Shown here: piece by piece, positions 46,909 to 56,100 of the stretch
Layout: every line of letters starts with the position of its first letter
Numbering within the stretch: the first letter of the stretch is position 1
IMG/VR virus record: IMGVR_UViG_3300032087_004763
Span: 32,001 to 96,000 of that record
From: a virus
Reading direction: 5' to 3' (one strand)
Length of the DNA stretch: 64,000 bases
The notes under the pieces: generated by a model
The model's database searches: none
What the model saw: the letters and a program-made list of their open reading frames with translations, nothing else
What the model was told of the DNA's origin: nothing
Made by a program: the position numbers and the translations under genes

Positions 46909-47583
46909 CTATGTAAATTTAATAAATGCCGATCCGGTATTATTACTCTGATATCGTATTGCGGTCCATAATTTTTGTAAATCATCACTTGCACTTGGAT
47001 TGCTTTGTACGAAACTCCAATAATACCGGGTTGTGGATCTTTCGTTCAAAAGTCTTGTATGTGTACCATAATAGTTTCGAGCTGTTCTATTAAATGAAAC
47101 ATCGACTGTTCCTAAACCACCAGATACACCGTCTGTTGCTTTCACGTGCATAGTGTTCCATCCATAATCAGCACTATTTGAACTCGATAGCACTAAGATA
47201 ATCGGATTTCCAGAGACGCCTGTACCAGCATAGTTAGCGATTGTGAATCCAGTTATATTATTAGATATACCTGGATTAGTTTTACTTATAGCACCAAAAG
47301 CTGCATACCAATCATCGGCTGGTGCTTCTGGATATAAAAAGTCTCCACCGTTCAATGCCTGATAACCGTGCCTCTCAGCTCCAAATGTAGTATCTTCTCT
47401 TACAGTAACAGTAGCGCTTCGAGTTGTGGCACCATAAAAATCATCAAGTGCTATTTCACCAGATGATGGAACACCAGTATATCCATCAACACCATAGTAC
47501 TCGTTGAGTCCGTGAGGCGTCGATCCACCAAACTCAGTTGCGATATCCTGTATGTCAATTGCTCCAGATGTTTGTAGAGGCAT
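46909..47583 (-). CDS. Fibre-tip adhesin-like protein
   Basis: N-terminal SGAI..DIATEFGG..LNEYY..PSSGEI..DFYG module followed by a variable domain. Confidence 0.65.
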   Translation of the reverse strand: MPLQTSGAIDIQDIATEFGGSTPHGLNEYYGVDGYTGVPSSGEIALDDFYGATTRSATVTVREDTTFGAERHGYQALNGGDFLYPEAPADDWYAAFGAISKTNPGISNNITGFTIANYAGTGVSGNPIILVLSSSNSADYGWNTMHVKATDGVSGGLGTVDVSFNRTARNYYGTHTRLLNERSTTRYYWSFVQSNPSASDDLQKLWTAIRYQSNNTGSAFIKFT

Positions 47584-48326
47584 TACATTGATCCATATGC
47601 TGTGACGTTTCCGACAACGGTCAGGTTGCCAGATGCATCGAGTTTCATTTTATTTGTACCACCAGTTGCAAAGTATAACACTCCGCTTGACTCAGTGATT
47701 GTCCAGTTACCAAGATCGACTGTTGCTGCATTTACCTTTCCGCTGACAGTCAAATCATTTGATGTTGCGTTAAACGTAAGCCCAGCATCTCCGCCAAATG
47801 ATCCACTGTTATTAAACTGAACTTGAGTGTTTGATCCACCCGGTGAAGTACTCCCACCACCTCCACCACCAAATGTGCCAGTAGGCAATCTATCAGAATC
47901 AATAGTACCAGCGGTAATTTTTGATGCATTGAGTGATGGTATTCTAGCTGCATCAAATGTACCAGATGTAATTTTAGACGTTGCTAGATTAGGTATGTCA
48001 GATGCCGATAAAGATAATCTAGCTGAAGGAACTGTACCACTACTAAGTTTCGATGCATTTAAATTAGTTAGGCTTGCGCCAGATCCAGAAAACGTTGTTC
48101 CTGTTACAGTACCACTTACAATGACACCAGCTGCATCAGTCTTTAGCTTTGTACTACCTTGGTGCATTAACTCAAAGGTACCATCACTATCCTTAGTAGT
48201 CAGCTTTGTTGCTCTTTCTTCTTTCTTAGATATAGCAGCTACAAATTCATCGGAGTCTGCAGCAGTGAATGCTACTACAGACTTAGTCTTAGTACGAGGA
48301 TTATATACGGTCTTAAATTTTGCCAT
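47583..48326 (-). CDS. Short tail fibre protein
   Basis: PGGSNTQVQFN, GNVTAYG; shares repeat module with the 32289..35447 gene. Confidence 0.75.
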   Translation of the reverse strand: MAKFKTVYNPRTKTKSVVAFTAADSDEFVAAISKKEERATKLTTKDSDGTFELMHQGSTKLKTDAAGVIVSGTVTGTTFSGSGASLTNLNASKLSSGTVPSARLSLSASDIPNLATSKITSGTFDAARIPSLNASKITAGTIDSDRLPTGTFGGGGGGSTSPGGSNTQVQFNNSGSFGGDAGLTFNATSNDLTVSGKVNAATVDLGNWTITESSGVLYFATGGTNKMKLDASGNLTVVGNVTAYGSM

Positions 48327-50185
48327 TAGGAAATTACTCCGAATTCTTCTGTAAGCGACCCTGTTAAGCCTGTTATATTATTAGCAGATCCGCTCGAAAA
48401 TGTTATCGAGTATGGAACAAAACTTGTTGCATGCCCTTGAAAAAAGTAAGGTCCGTTGAAATCATCAGCCACAAGGTTTACTACCCAATCATTAGTATCA
48501 GTTTGGTACATATCTAGCGTAAAGCTTCTAATTGAATAATTTGAACCAAGCCCTGTTAAAAGATCAGTAGTACTAGCAGATGCTTTAGTGCCTAAAGTTG
48601 AGTTATAATATACTCCGGTCCAAGTAACAGATGCACCACTTGTTTGAACAGTCAATATCGGGCTATTTGGACCACTCGAAGCTGTAATATCGTGAGCTAC
48701 CCATCTCAAATGTGTCTGAGCTGATGTTGATGCATTTGGCACCGAGTTAGAAATAGTTAAACTAGTAGCCGCATTACCGCTTGTCGTAATATCAGTATAC
48801 AATTTAACAGGAACGCTACCGGTGTTATCAGGAAAAGTAATTGTTCGATCAGCTGTTGGATCAGTAACAGTGAGTGTTGTTTCGTGTGCGTCTGCTGTAG
48901 CACCTTCAAATATAATATCTCCTGTTATATCAATCTGGCCCGTGACATTAATACCTGCGGAGTCTGTTTCAAGCTTTACGCCATTATTAGCACGAAGTGC
49001 GCACTTAGTTGTTACACCTCCTTCAAATGAAGCTGCTATTTGCGATGTACCATTATTATTAGTTGTAATTATTTGAATATCGTCGGTCTGCTTACGAGCC
49101 CAAATATAATTAAATCCGGGCGTATGTAACATAACAAGATCATCTTCGTCGCCCATTCCTAATACGCCTGCACCTAATGTGTTACCACTGATCACACTTA
49201 AAGCATTACCATCGTTTCTTAACAATAATGACGGCGGAGAGGTAGCACCTGTCTCGAGAACGACATCTTCATACATGCTAACACTATTTGAATCAAATGT
49301 TGCAACTGGAAAATTATTTGTTCTAATAGAAACATGTTGACCGGCTCTTGCATTCAATATTGTTTTACCAGCAGAGTCTTGGTAAAGTGCAGTACGATCA
49401 ATATGGCCACCCTGATCCTCATGACAAAATACTGCAACGTTAGTAGCACCTGCAAATCCACCACCAACTTTCGCGCGCCCAAAAGTTGCATGGAGATCTT
49501 GGCTAGGATGCCCTTGGATACTATTATCTGCAACTTTTAAAGCTGTTGTGCCAGCAACTTGAAGTAATAAATCACCAGTTCCATTTTCATTAATTATACT
49601 ATTACTTCCATTATGAAAAATTTCAAGATCGCTACTAGTACCGAAATTAAGTTTTTCATTATCATTGAATACAACAGTCTTGACACCGGCAGAATCTAGA
49701 CCGCTACCACCACCAAATACGCCAAGTGGTAATCTTGCAGAGTCAATTGTACCACTACCAATATTGTCTGCATTTAAAGATGTAAGCGCCGATCCAGAAC
49801 CGTAGAACCTACCGTCAGTAGTGGTTATATCACCGGTAACCGTGATTGAGTCAGCGTTGAGTCCACCAGTTATCTGAACGATATGTTTAGCTGTGTCAGT
49901 ACTTGAGTCAGTACCAATGAGAACATGACCTGAGAACTCTGCTAAACGAATCTCACCGTCGTCATCAACTTCGATTGATGGGATACCTGAGATATCGTTG
50001 ACCGAGAATATAGTTCCACCCATACTATCGGCAATAGAGAAAAGCTGACCAACCTGACCTTCGAATGATAACGTGTCACTCGACAACATATTTGCTGTGA
50101 TAGTATTGGTTTTGTCTGAATCGACGAATGCGATGTTTTGTGATTGTAGTCCGTTCTTGACTACAAATCTTTTGTCGTTAGCCAT
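48326..50185 (-). CDS. Tail fibre protein
   Basis: Start MANDKRFVVKNGL; FSVNDISGIPSIEV; FEGATADAHETTL. Confidence 0.8.
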   Translation of the reverse strand: MANDKRFVVKNGLQSQNIAFVDSDKTNTITANMLSSDTLSFEGQVGQLFSIADSMGGTIFSVNDISGIPSIEVDDDGEIRLAEFSGHVLIGTDSSTDTAKHIVQITGGLNADSITVTGDITTTDGRFYGSGSALTSLNADNIGSGTIDSARLPLGVFGGGSGLDSAGVKTVVFNDNEKLNFGTSSDLEIFHNGSNSIINENGTGDLLLQVAGTTALKVADNSIQGHPSQDLHATFGRAKVGGGFAGATNVAVFCHEDQGGHIDRTALYQDSAGKTILNARAGQHVSIRTNNFPVATFDSNSVSMYEDVVLETGATSPPSLLLRNDGNALSVISGNTLGAGVLGMGDEDDLVMLHTPGFNYIWARKQTDDIQIITTNNNGTSQIAASFEGGVTTKCALRANNGVKLETDSAGINVTGQIDITGDIIFEGATADAHETTLTVTDPTADRTITFPDNTGSVPVKLYTDITTSGNAATSLTISNSVPNASTSAQTHLRWVAHDITASSGPNSPILTVQTSGASVTWTGVYYNSTLGTKASASTTDLLTGLGSNYSIRSFTLDMYQTDTNDWVVNLVADDFNGPYFFQGHATSFVPYSITFSSGSANNITGLTGSLTEEFGVIS

Positions 50186-50227
50186 CCGGTTCACTCTCCC
50201 CTGTTATGGCGTTTACTTTTATTTATA
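50181..50227 (-). promoter_or_regulatory. Late promoter with hairpin leader pairing over the start codon
   Basis: TATAAATA at 50220-50227; GCCAT...ATGGC stem enclosing GGGGAGAGTGAACC. Confidence 0.5.
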
Positions 50228-50882
50228 TTGGAAACCTTCCACGTAACGCATTATAATTTTGTTTAACTTCATCGGCACTTAACATTCTATTATATGCTGT
50301 AAAATGTAGTAGATCACCTTTTAATTCATTTCCAGAATATGAATTACATATTTTAGTAAAATTTAAACTTGCAGATGAATTGTAACCAGATAGAGTGGTT
50401 GCCTGTACACCATCTCGATAAATGTATCCAACTCCACTTCCATCTTGTCCTGCTACAATATACCTCCATGTATCAGCTGATAATGTAGTACTCATTGACT
50501 TAGATACATCATTGTCTTTAAAAGAAAACGTTGTGCTATTTTGTCCGTATATTCCTATTTCATAATTTGCATTAGCATTATCATCTTTAAATAAAAAATT
50601 CCACCAAGTTTCTTCTTGAGATGATGGTACTCGTACAATAAAAGATATACAAAATCCAGTTGAACCACTCAGACTTGTTGAAGATGACATAGTAATGCCA
50701 TCACCTGTTCCATTTGCTTGAAGACCAGCTGATCGATCAATGGTTGATCCAGTAATTGTGCCAGTTTTGGATCCAACAGTGTCTGTAATAGATGAACCAG
50801 ATTCATAACTTTTTTTACTACTAAAATCAATAGAGAAAGCAATATTATTTTTTGCAATGTTAGGTCCAGAATGTGCAGCCAT
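50223..50882 (-). CDS. LamG/ConA-like lectin domain protein 4
   Basis: YNRMLSADEVKQNYNALRGRF. Confidence 0.8.
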   Translation of the reverse strand: MAAHSGPNIAKNNIAFSIDFSSKKSYESGSSITDTVGSKTGTITGSTIDRSAGLQANGTGDGITMSSSTSLSGSTGFCISFIVRVPSSQEETWWNFLFKDDNANANYEIGIYGQNSTTFSFKDNDVSKSMSTTLSADTWRYIVAGQDGSGVGYIYRDGVQATTLSGYNSSASLNFTKICNSYSGNELKGDLLHFTAYNRMLSADEVKQNYNALRGRFPI

Positions 50883-51586
50883 TAGAGCCCGAACCTCCCT
50901 CGTAATGCATTATAGTTTTGTTTGACTTCGGATGATGATAATGATTTATTGTATAGTCTAATACTATAACACCCCATGTCTGCTGCTTGGCTAGCGGCAA
51001 AACCACCAAGAACTGAATCTTGTTCTTGGTTCAATACCCATCCCTCTGTTGATGTTAAATTATTTGCAGCCGTATAATTGCCACTAAGCACTCCGTTTTT
51101 ATAATAATCTTGTGAACTTCCTTTGTGTACAATAGTTAATAAAAGTTTTTCACCGGCTGAATACGATATATCAGAACCTGAGTTTTTTGATTCATTAAAA
51201 GGAGTAATCTTTGAGTCAGCTTGTCTTGCAATGTAATAATTATTATCTGATGTTGTGGCCATACTATTAAAATATGTTGGAGCAGCAGAGGAAGGAGTGG
51301 CATCAAGTCGAATCCAAAATTCTAATGACCAGTAAGTTCCATCAGATAAATTGTTTAAAGCACTAACAGGTAAAGTAATGTAGTCAGAAGTTTGAGAACC
51401 GTTCATATTAAAACATCCCAAATTTTCTGTTGTGTGTGACACAGAACCAACTATAGATGCATTATATGCATTCCCACTTAAATCACTCCAAGTAGTTCCA
51501 CTGCCTGAATACGATCTCGTATTAGCAGCATCTAAACAAAGTTGCAATCCATCTGTCACAATCCTAGAACCGTGATTCAAGCTCAT
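50882..51586 (-). CDS. LamG/ConA-like lectin domain protein 3
   Basis: LDAANTRSYSGSGTTWSDLSG; YNKSLSSSEVKQNYNA. Confidence 0.85.
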   Translation of the reverse strand: MSLNHGSRIVTDGLQLCLDAANTRSYSGSGTTWSDLSGNAYNASIVGSVSHTTENLGCFNMNGSQTSDYITLPVSALNNLSDGTYWSLEFWIRLDATPSSAAPTYFNSMATTSDNNYYIARQADSKITPFNESKNSGSDISYSAGEKLLLTIVHKGSSQDYYKNGVLSGNYTAANNLTSTEGWVLNQEQDSVLGGFAASQAADMGCYSIRLYNKSLSSSEVKQNYNALRGRFGL

Positions 51587-52358
51587 AGACCAAACCTTCC
51601 TTTCATCGCATTATAATTTTGCTTCAGCTCATCAGCCGACAATCCTCGGCCATACGCAGAGATAGTAGCAATCAACGAATTTAATACGGGTGCTGAACCA
51701 ATATTTCCACTTGTATTCACATTTCTTGATCCAATTGCAATATCATTCGTAGTACCGTTTCTAGTTCTTGTAATACTGCTAAAAGCTCCTGTTTTTATTT
51801 GAACTGCATCGATATATAATCTGGCAGTAGTTCCATCTCCTGTATATGCAATATGCATCCATCGACCAGTGAGATCAGTATTAGAATATCCAGTAACAGT
51901 ATTTGCTCTCATTAAAATATAACCACCACTTGGATTAGAAGACTCAGCAGTTGCTGAAACTGATTCAATTCCTCCTGCAGTATCAATCCATAATCCATTC
52001 GTAGCACCAGAATACCAACCGCTTTGTGCTTTATTAATCAGCGTACCATAATTCCCTAAAGATTGAACATACACCCAACCACAAAGAGTAAAGTTAGTTG
52101 ATGAACCAAACACTGCAGATTCAATTTCTGAATCATGAGGTACTGATGCATAACTTCCGCTGTCAAAGTCAAGCGAACCTTTATTGTTTGCATCGAATGA
52201 TGCCAATGGGCTACCTTTAGTAGTCGCATTCCTTCCGTTACCACTTAGATCTGTCCAAGTTGTACCACTACCTGGATATGATCTAGAATTTGCTGCGTCT
52301 AGATGCAACATAAGACTATCAGTTACAATTCTAGAACCGTGATTCAAGCTCATAGACC
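51564..52358. repeat. 28-bp exact direct repeat at LamG gene junctions (51564-51591 and 52331-52358)
   Basis: ctagaaccgtgattcaagctcatagacc in both copies. Confidence 0.9.
51583..52353 (-). CDS. LamG/ConA-like lectin domain protein 2
   Basis: LDAANSRSYPGSGTTW, WMHIAYTGDG, LYID. Confidence 0.85.
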   Translation of the reverse strand: MSLNHGSRIVTDSLMLHLDAANSRSYPGSGTTWTDLSGNGRNATTKGSPLASFDANNKGSLDFDSGSYASVPHDSEIESAVFGSSTNFTLCGWVYVQSLGNYGTLINKAQSGWYSGATNGLWIDTAGGIESVSATAESSNPSGGYILMRANTVTGYSNTDLTGRWMHIAYTGDGTTARLYIDAVQIKTGAFSSITRTRNGTTNDIAIGSRNVNTSGNIGSAPVLNSLIATISAYGRGLSADELKQNYNAMKGRFGL

Positions 52359-53147
52359 GAACCTCGCTTTCTGTGCATTGTAATTCTGTAGAACCTCGTC
52401 AGCTGACAAAGCCTTTCCGTATATCCTGCAGATATCGATATATCCATACCACCCGTTATTAAACTGCACTGTACCCTCAACATTGCTACTAATTGCAAAT
52501 GGTCTAGCGGTATCATCACCGTATGTTGCTTCTGTAAGCGAGGTAGTACCAGTTGTCTTTGCTTCACCGTTGATGTAAAGAACCCTTTTACCTGTTCCAC
52601 CATCATACGTTCCAACAATATGAAACCATTTGTTAAAGTAGTCTGCATCGCTAGTAAAATTAAATCTTGTACCCACGGCTGCATTATTTGGGTTTATTTG
52701 AAATTCAACTCTGTTATGTCCTGGGGTTGCACTACTTGCTCCATCTTTTCTCACAGCAAGCCCTGTATAATCACTGAAATCAGTAGACATAATTCTATAT
52801 AATGATCCGCTGCCATCTCCTAAAGAATACACCCACGCTTCATATGTCAACCTTCCAGTAGTTTCACCTAGATATAAACTTGGATCTTTTGAGATATTGC
52901 TTTCAGGAAAAGCAATCGCAGTAGTTCCACTTTGTGCAAACAGCAAATGTCTTTGGCCAGGGAATGTAGTATCATCTACAGTAGGTGCATTACTTCCTGC
53001 ACCATCACCGAATGTTCCGTGATATCCTTGACCAGACATATCAAAATATGTTACGCCAGATCCAGGATAAGATTTTTTGTTTGCAATGTCAACATGCAAC
53101 ACAAGTTTGTCAAGAACAATTCTATTTGAATTATATACAATCGCCAT
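52350..53147 (-). CDS. LamG/ConA-like lectin domain protein 1
   Basis: TYEAWV, WFHIVGTYDG, LYINGE, ALSADEV. Confidence 0.88.
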   Translation of the reverse strand: MAIVYNSNRIVLDKLVLHVDIANKKSYPGSGVTYFDMSGQGYHGTFGDGAGSNAPTVDDTTFPGQRHLLFAQSGTTAIAFPESNISKDPSLYLGETTGRLTYEAWVYSLGDGSGSLYRIMSTDFSDYTGLAVRKDGASSATPGHNRVEFQINPNNAAVGTRFNFTSDADYFNKWFHIVGTYDGGTGKRVLYINGEAKTTGTTSLTEATYGDDTARPFAISSNVEGTVQFNNGWYGYIDICRIYGKALSADEVLQNYNAQKARFGL

Positions 53148-53149
53148 TC

Positions 53150-56100
53150 TTAGGCCTCAATCAATGTTTCTACAACTTTGTATCTTGTCGATGTCGCACT
53201 TGTACCGGTTGCAAGAAGTCTTACATCTGATCCGCTAATATCAACATCGTATGTTGCAAGATCACTGTCAGTCGTAATCGTACCATACTCAGTCGCAACC
53301 GCGGTTGTTCCATCATGTGTCACGAGTAATTCAGAGATCTGTCTCTTCGTACCTTGTGATGCAGTCACGATAAACTTCGCACCGCAATAGGATGCATGAG
53401 CAAATTCAGCGATCGATGTCTGACTAACAGATGCGACCTCGGCTGAATCACCATCGAGTGTATACGATCCGAATGCACCTATTGTGACAGGAACATCAAT
53501 ATCAAATGAAGATCCAGATAACGTCATCTTCTGACCGTTATTAATTCTGAAATTCATATTCTGGCCACTAGAAGCATTTAACCATACTTGACCACTTCCA
53601 TTCTGTATTAGTGCATAGTCATTTGTGCTATTTTTATCTACATGACTAAATCCGGCAATATCGCTAAAACCCATGTAACCGATATGAGCTCTACCGATAA
53701 CAGCTGAGATATCAGTGTCTGGGTATACCTCAAACTTTTCAGTAGGACTCGTAGTACCGAGACCTAAGTTACCCGCACTTATGTGATTATCAGTGCCGTC
53801 AGTGTAAAATGCTATTTTTTCTACACCCGAGTCATACATGTGGAATCTACCACCATTAGTAGATTTTTCAGCGATTCTTACAATATCATTAGTACTTGAA
53901 TTTGCTTGAATAGATAAACCAGATGAGGTAGAAGATACTGAACTAGATTTTATTGTTAAAGGAGATGTAGGAGCAGTTAAGCCGATACCAACACGATTGT
54001 TTGCTGCATCAACATGTAATGTATTCGTGTCAACCGTGAGATCATTGACAACTGTTAGATCGCCAGAATTACTCAGGATCATTTTGTTACTGTTATTGTG
54101 CTGATTAACAGTACCGAAATTAAAATGTAAAGATCCATCCCCGGCGCCGCCAGTGGTCTTTCTAGCAATACTCCACACATCAGTGTTAGCAGATGTACTA
54201 GCACCTTCAACAAAGTTAATAGAACTTCCCCAAGTACCATCAGATGATGACACGAGATCAAACTGAGCATCTGTTGCTTCTACTACAGCTACACCATAAG
54301 TTGTCGCGACACCGACATTTTGATCTACAATATGGAAGCTTCTCTGTGGTGAAGCCACGTTAATACCAACTTTATTATTAGCAGCATCAACGACTAGTGT
54401 ATTCGTGTCAACCGTGAGATTACCTGATATCGTAGCAGAGTCAGCATTCACAGTACCAGTAACGGTGACACCGTAAGGCGTGGTTTCTAACTTTTTAGCG
54501 GTGCTCTCATATAGTTCAACGCCATTAGTACCACCAAATATTTTGGTGTGATTAATCAGAGCTGTACCTGATTGACCAATTTCTAACGCATTGCTTTGAT
54601 TCCATTCAAGTAATGTTCTAATATATCCGTTATCAGCACCGATAATTCTAGTACCAGTAGTTAATGCTATACCAACATCATTAGCTGTATCAGGGCCCCC
54701 TCCGGCCGGATCATAAGTTACACCACCACTAAGTTCAATAGCGGCTGTACTTTGAATCAATTCACTAGTAGAGAATCCAAGAGAATCCCCAAGAATAACA
54801 TTACCGCCAATACCGAGTTCACCATTAACTGAACCAGCATCACCGATATCTAATCTTGGTGTAGAGTCGGCACTTGGCTGGAATGTGATCATCGCAGACA
54901 TATCACGTGGTGTGCCACCAGTACCGGCATCATACTGACCGATACCTACTCGGTTTCCGTTTGTCAGCATATACATTGCAGTACCGCTCTGCTGACTACG
55001 CATCAATATATTTGGATGCCAACCAGTGTACGCAGCGTTTGGTCTTAATTCTATATTGGTCTGGCCAGGAGTTCTTTCGTATCTCCATGTGCCGGTAAGA
55101 TTACTAGTACTACTAGTGGTGGTTTGAGTAACTATACCTGTAAGATTCAGAGGACCAGTTGATACTGAGTCCGAGACAAGACTACCAGTGACAGTGGCAC
55201 CGTAAGCCGTTGTTTCTAACTTCTTACTATTGTCATGGTATACTTCTACTGCTCCGTCACCTTTACATATGAGGAAGTTTTCAGTACTTCCTGACTTTCG
55301 TAGATATAACCAGTTTCCGCGAATTATAGTTGAGCCGGTTCCATCAATAAAATTAATATTTGACGAATTGTTGTGGTATATTTTTAAATCTTCACCAGCA
55401 CCAAACGTTAACCTATTAAGATCACCTAAATTAATAGAATCAGCTACAAGACTACCAGTAACAGTGACACCACCTTCTGTAGTTTCAAGTCGAGTTACGT
55501 TATCATATCTAAGCTTCACGTCACCATTTGCAGTGAATGATGCCATTTGTTCATTGTCAGCTGGATTCTTAAATAAAATCTGGCTGGTTTTAAAAATTAA
55601 AGAACCGGTTCCACCTTCATCAATGTAGCTATGAGAGCCATTATGATAAATCTGGAGGTCATTAGCATCTCCAAGTTTTATTCTTGCATTATCGGCTAGA
55701 CTAATTGAGTCAGCTATAAGACTACCGGTAACAGTAACGCCATCTGATTCAGTGGTAAGCTTCTCGGTACCGTAGTAATAGAGTCTAACTTTACCTTCAC
55801 TTCCATCAGCCTTAAAATATAAAGCTGTGGAACCAGTACCGTCATCTGTTCTTATACTAACATCTTGATCATTCGCGTTTTGTGTTATCTGCAATTCGCC
55901 AGTGTAACTTCGAATTCTTGAAACACTTCCAGTATGATCAAGTCTTAAATCATTATTGTCACCTAAATTTATTAAACCGTCATCTGGCAAGGTTAGATTT
56001 GTAACAGTTGCAGAGTCAGCTACGAGACTACCAACTACATTTACACCACCTTCTGTTGTCGCAAATCTTTCTACACCGTTATAATAAAGTTCTGCCTCAG

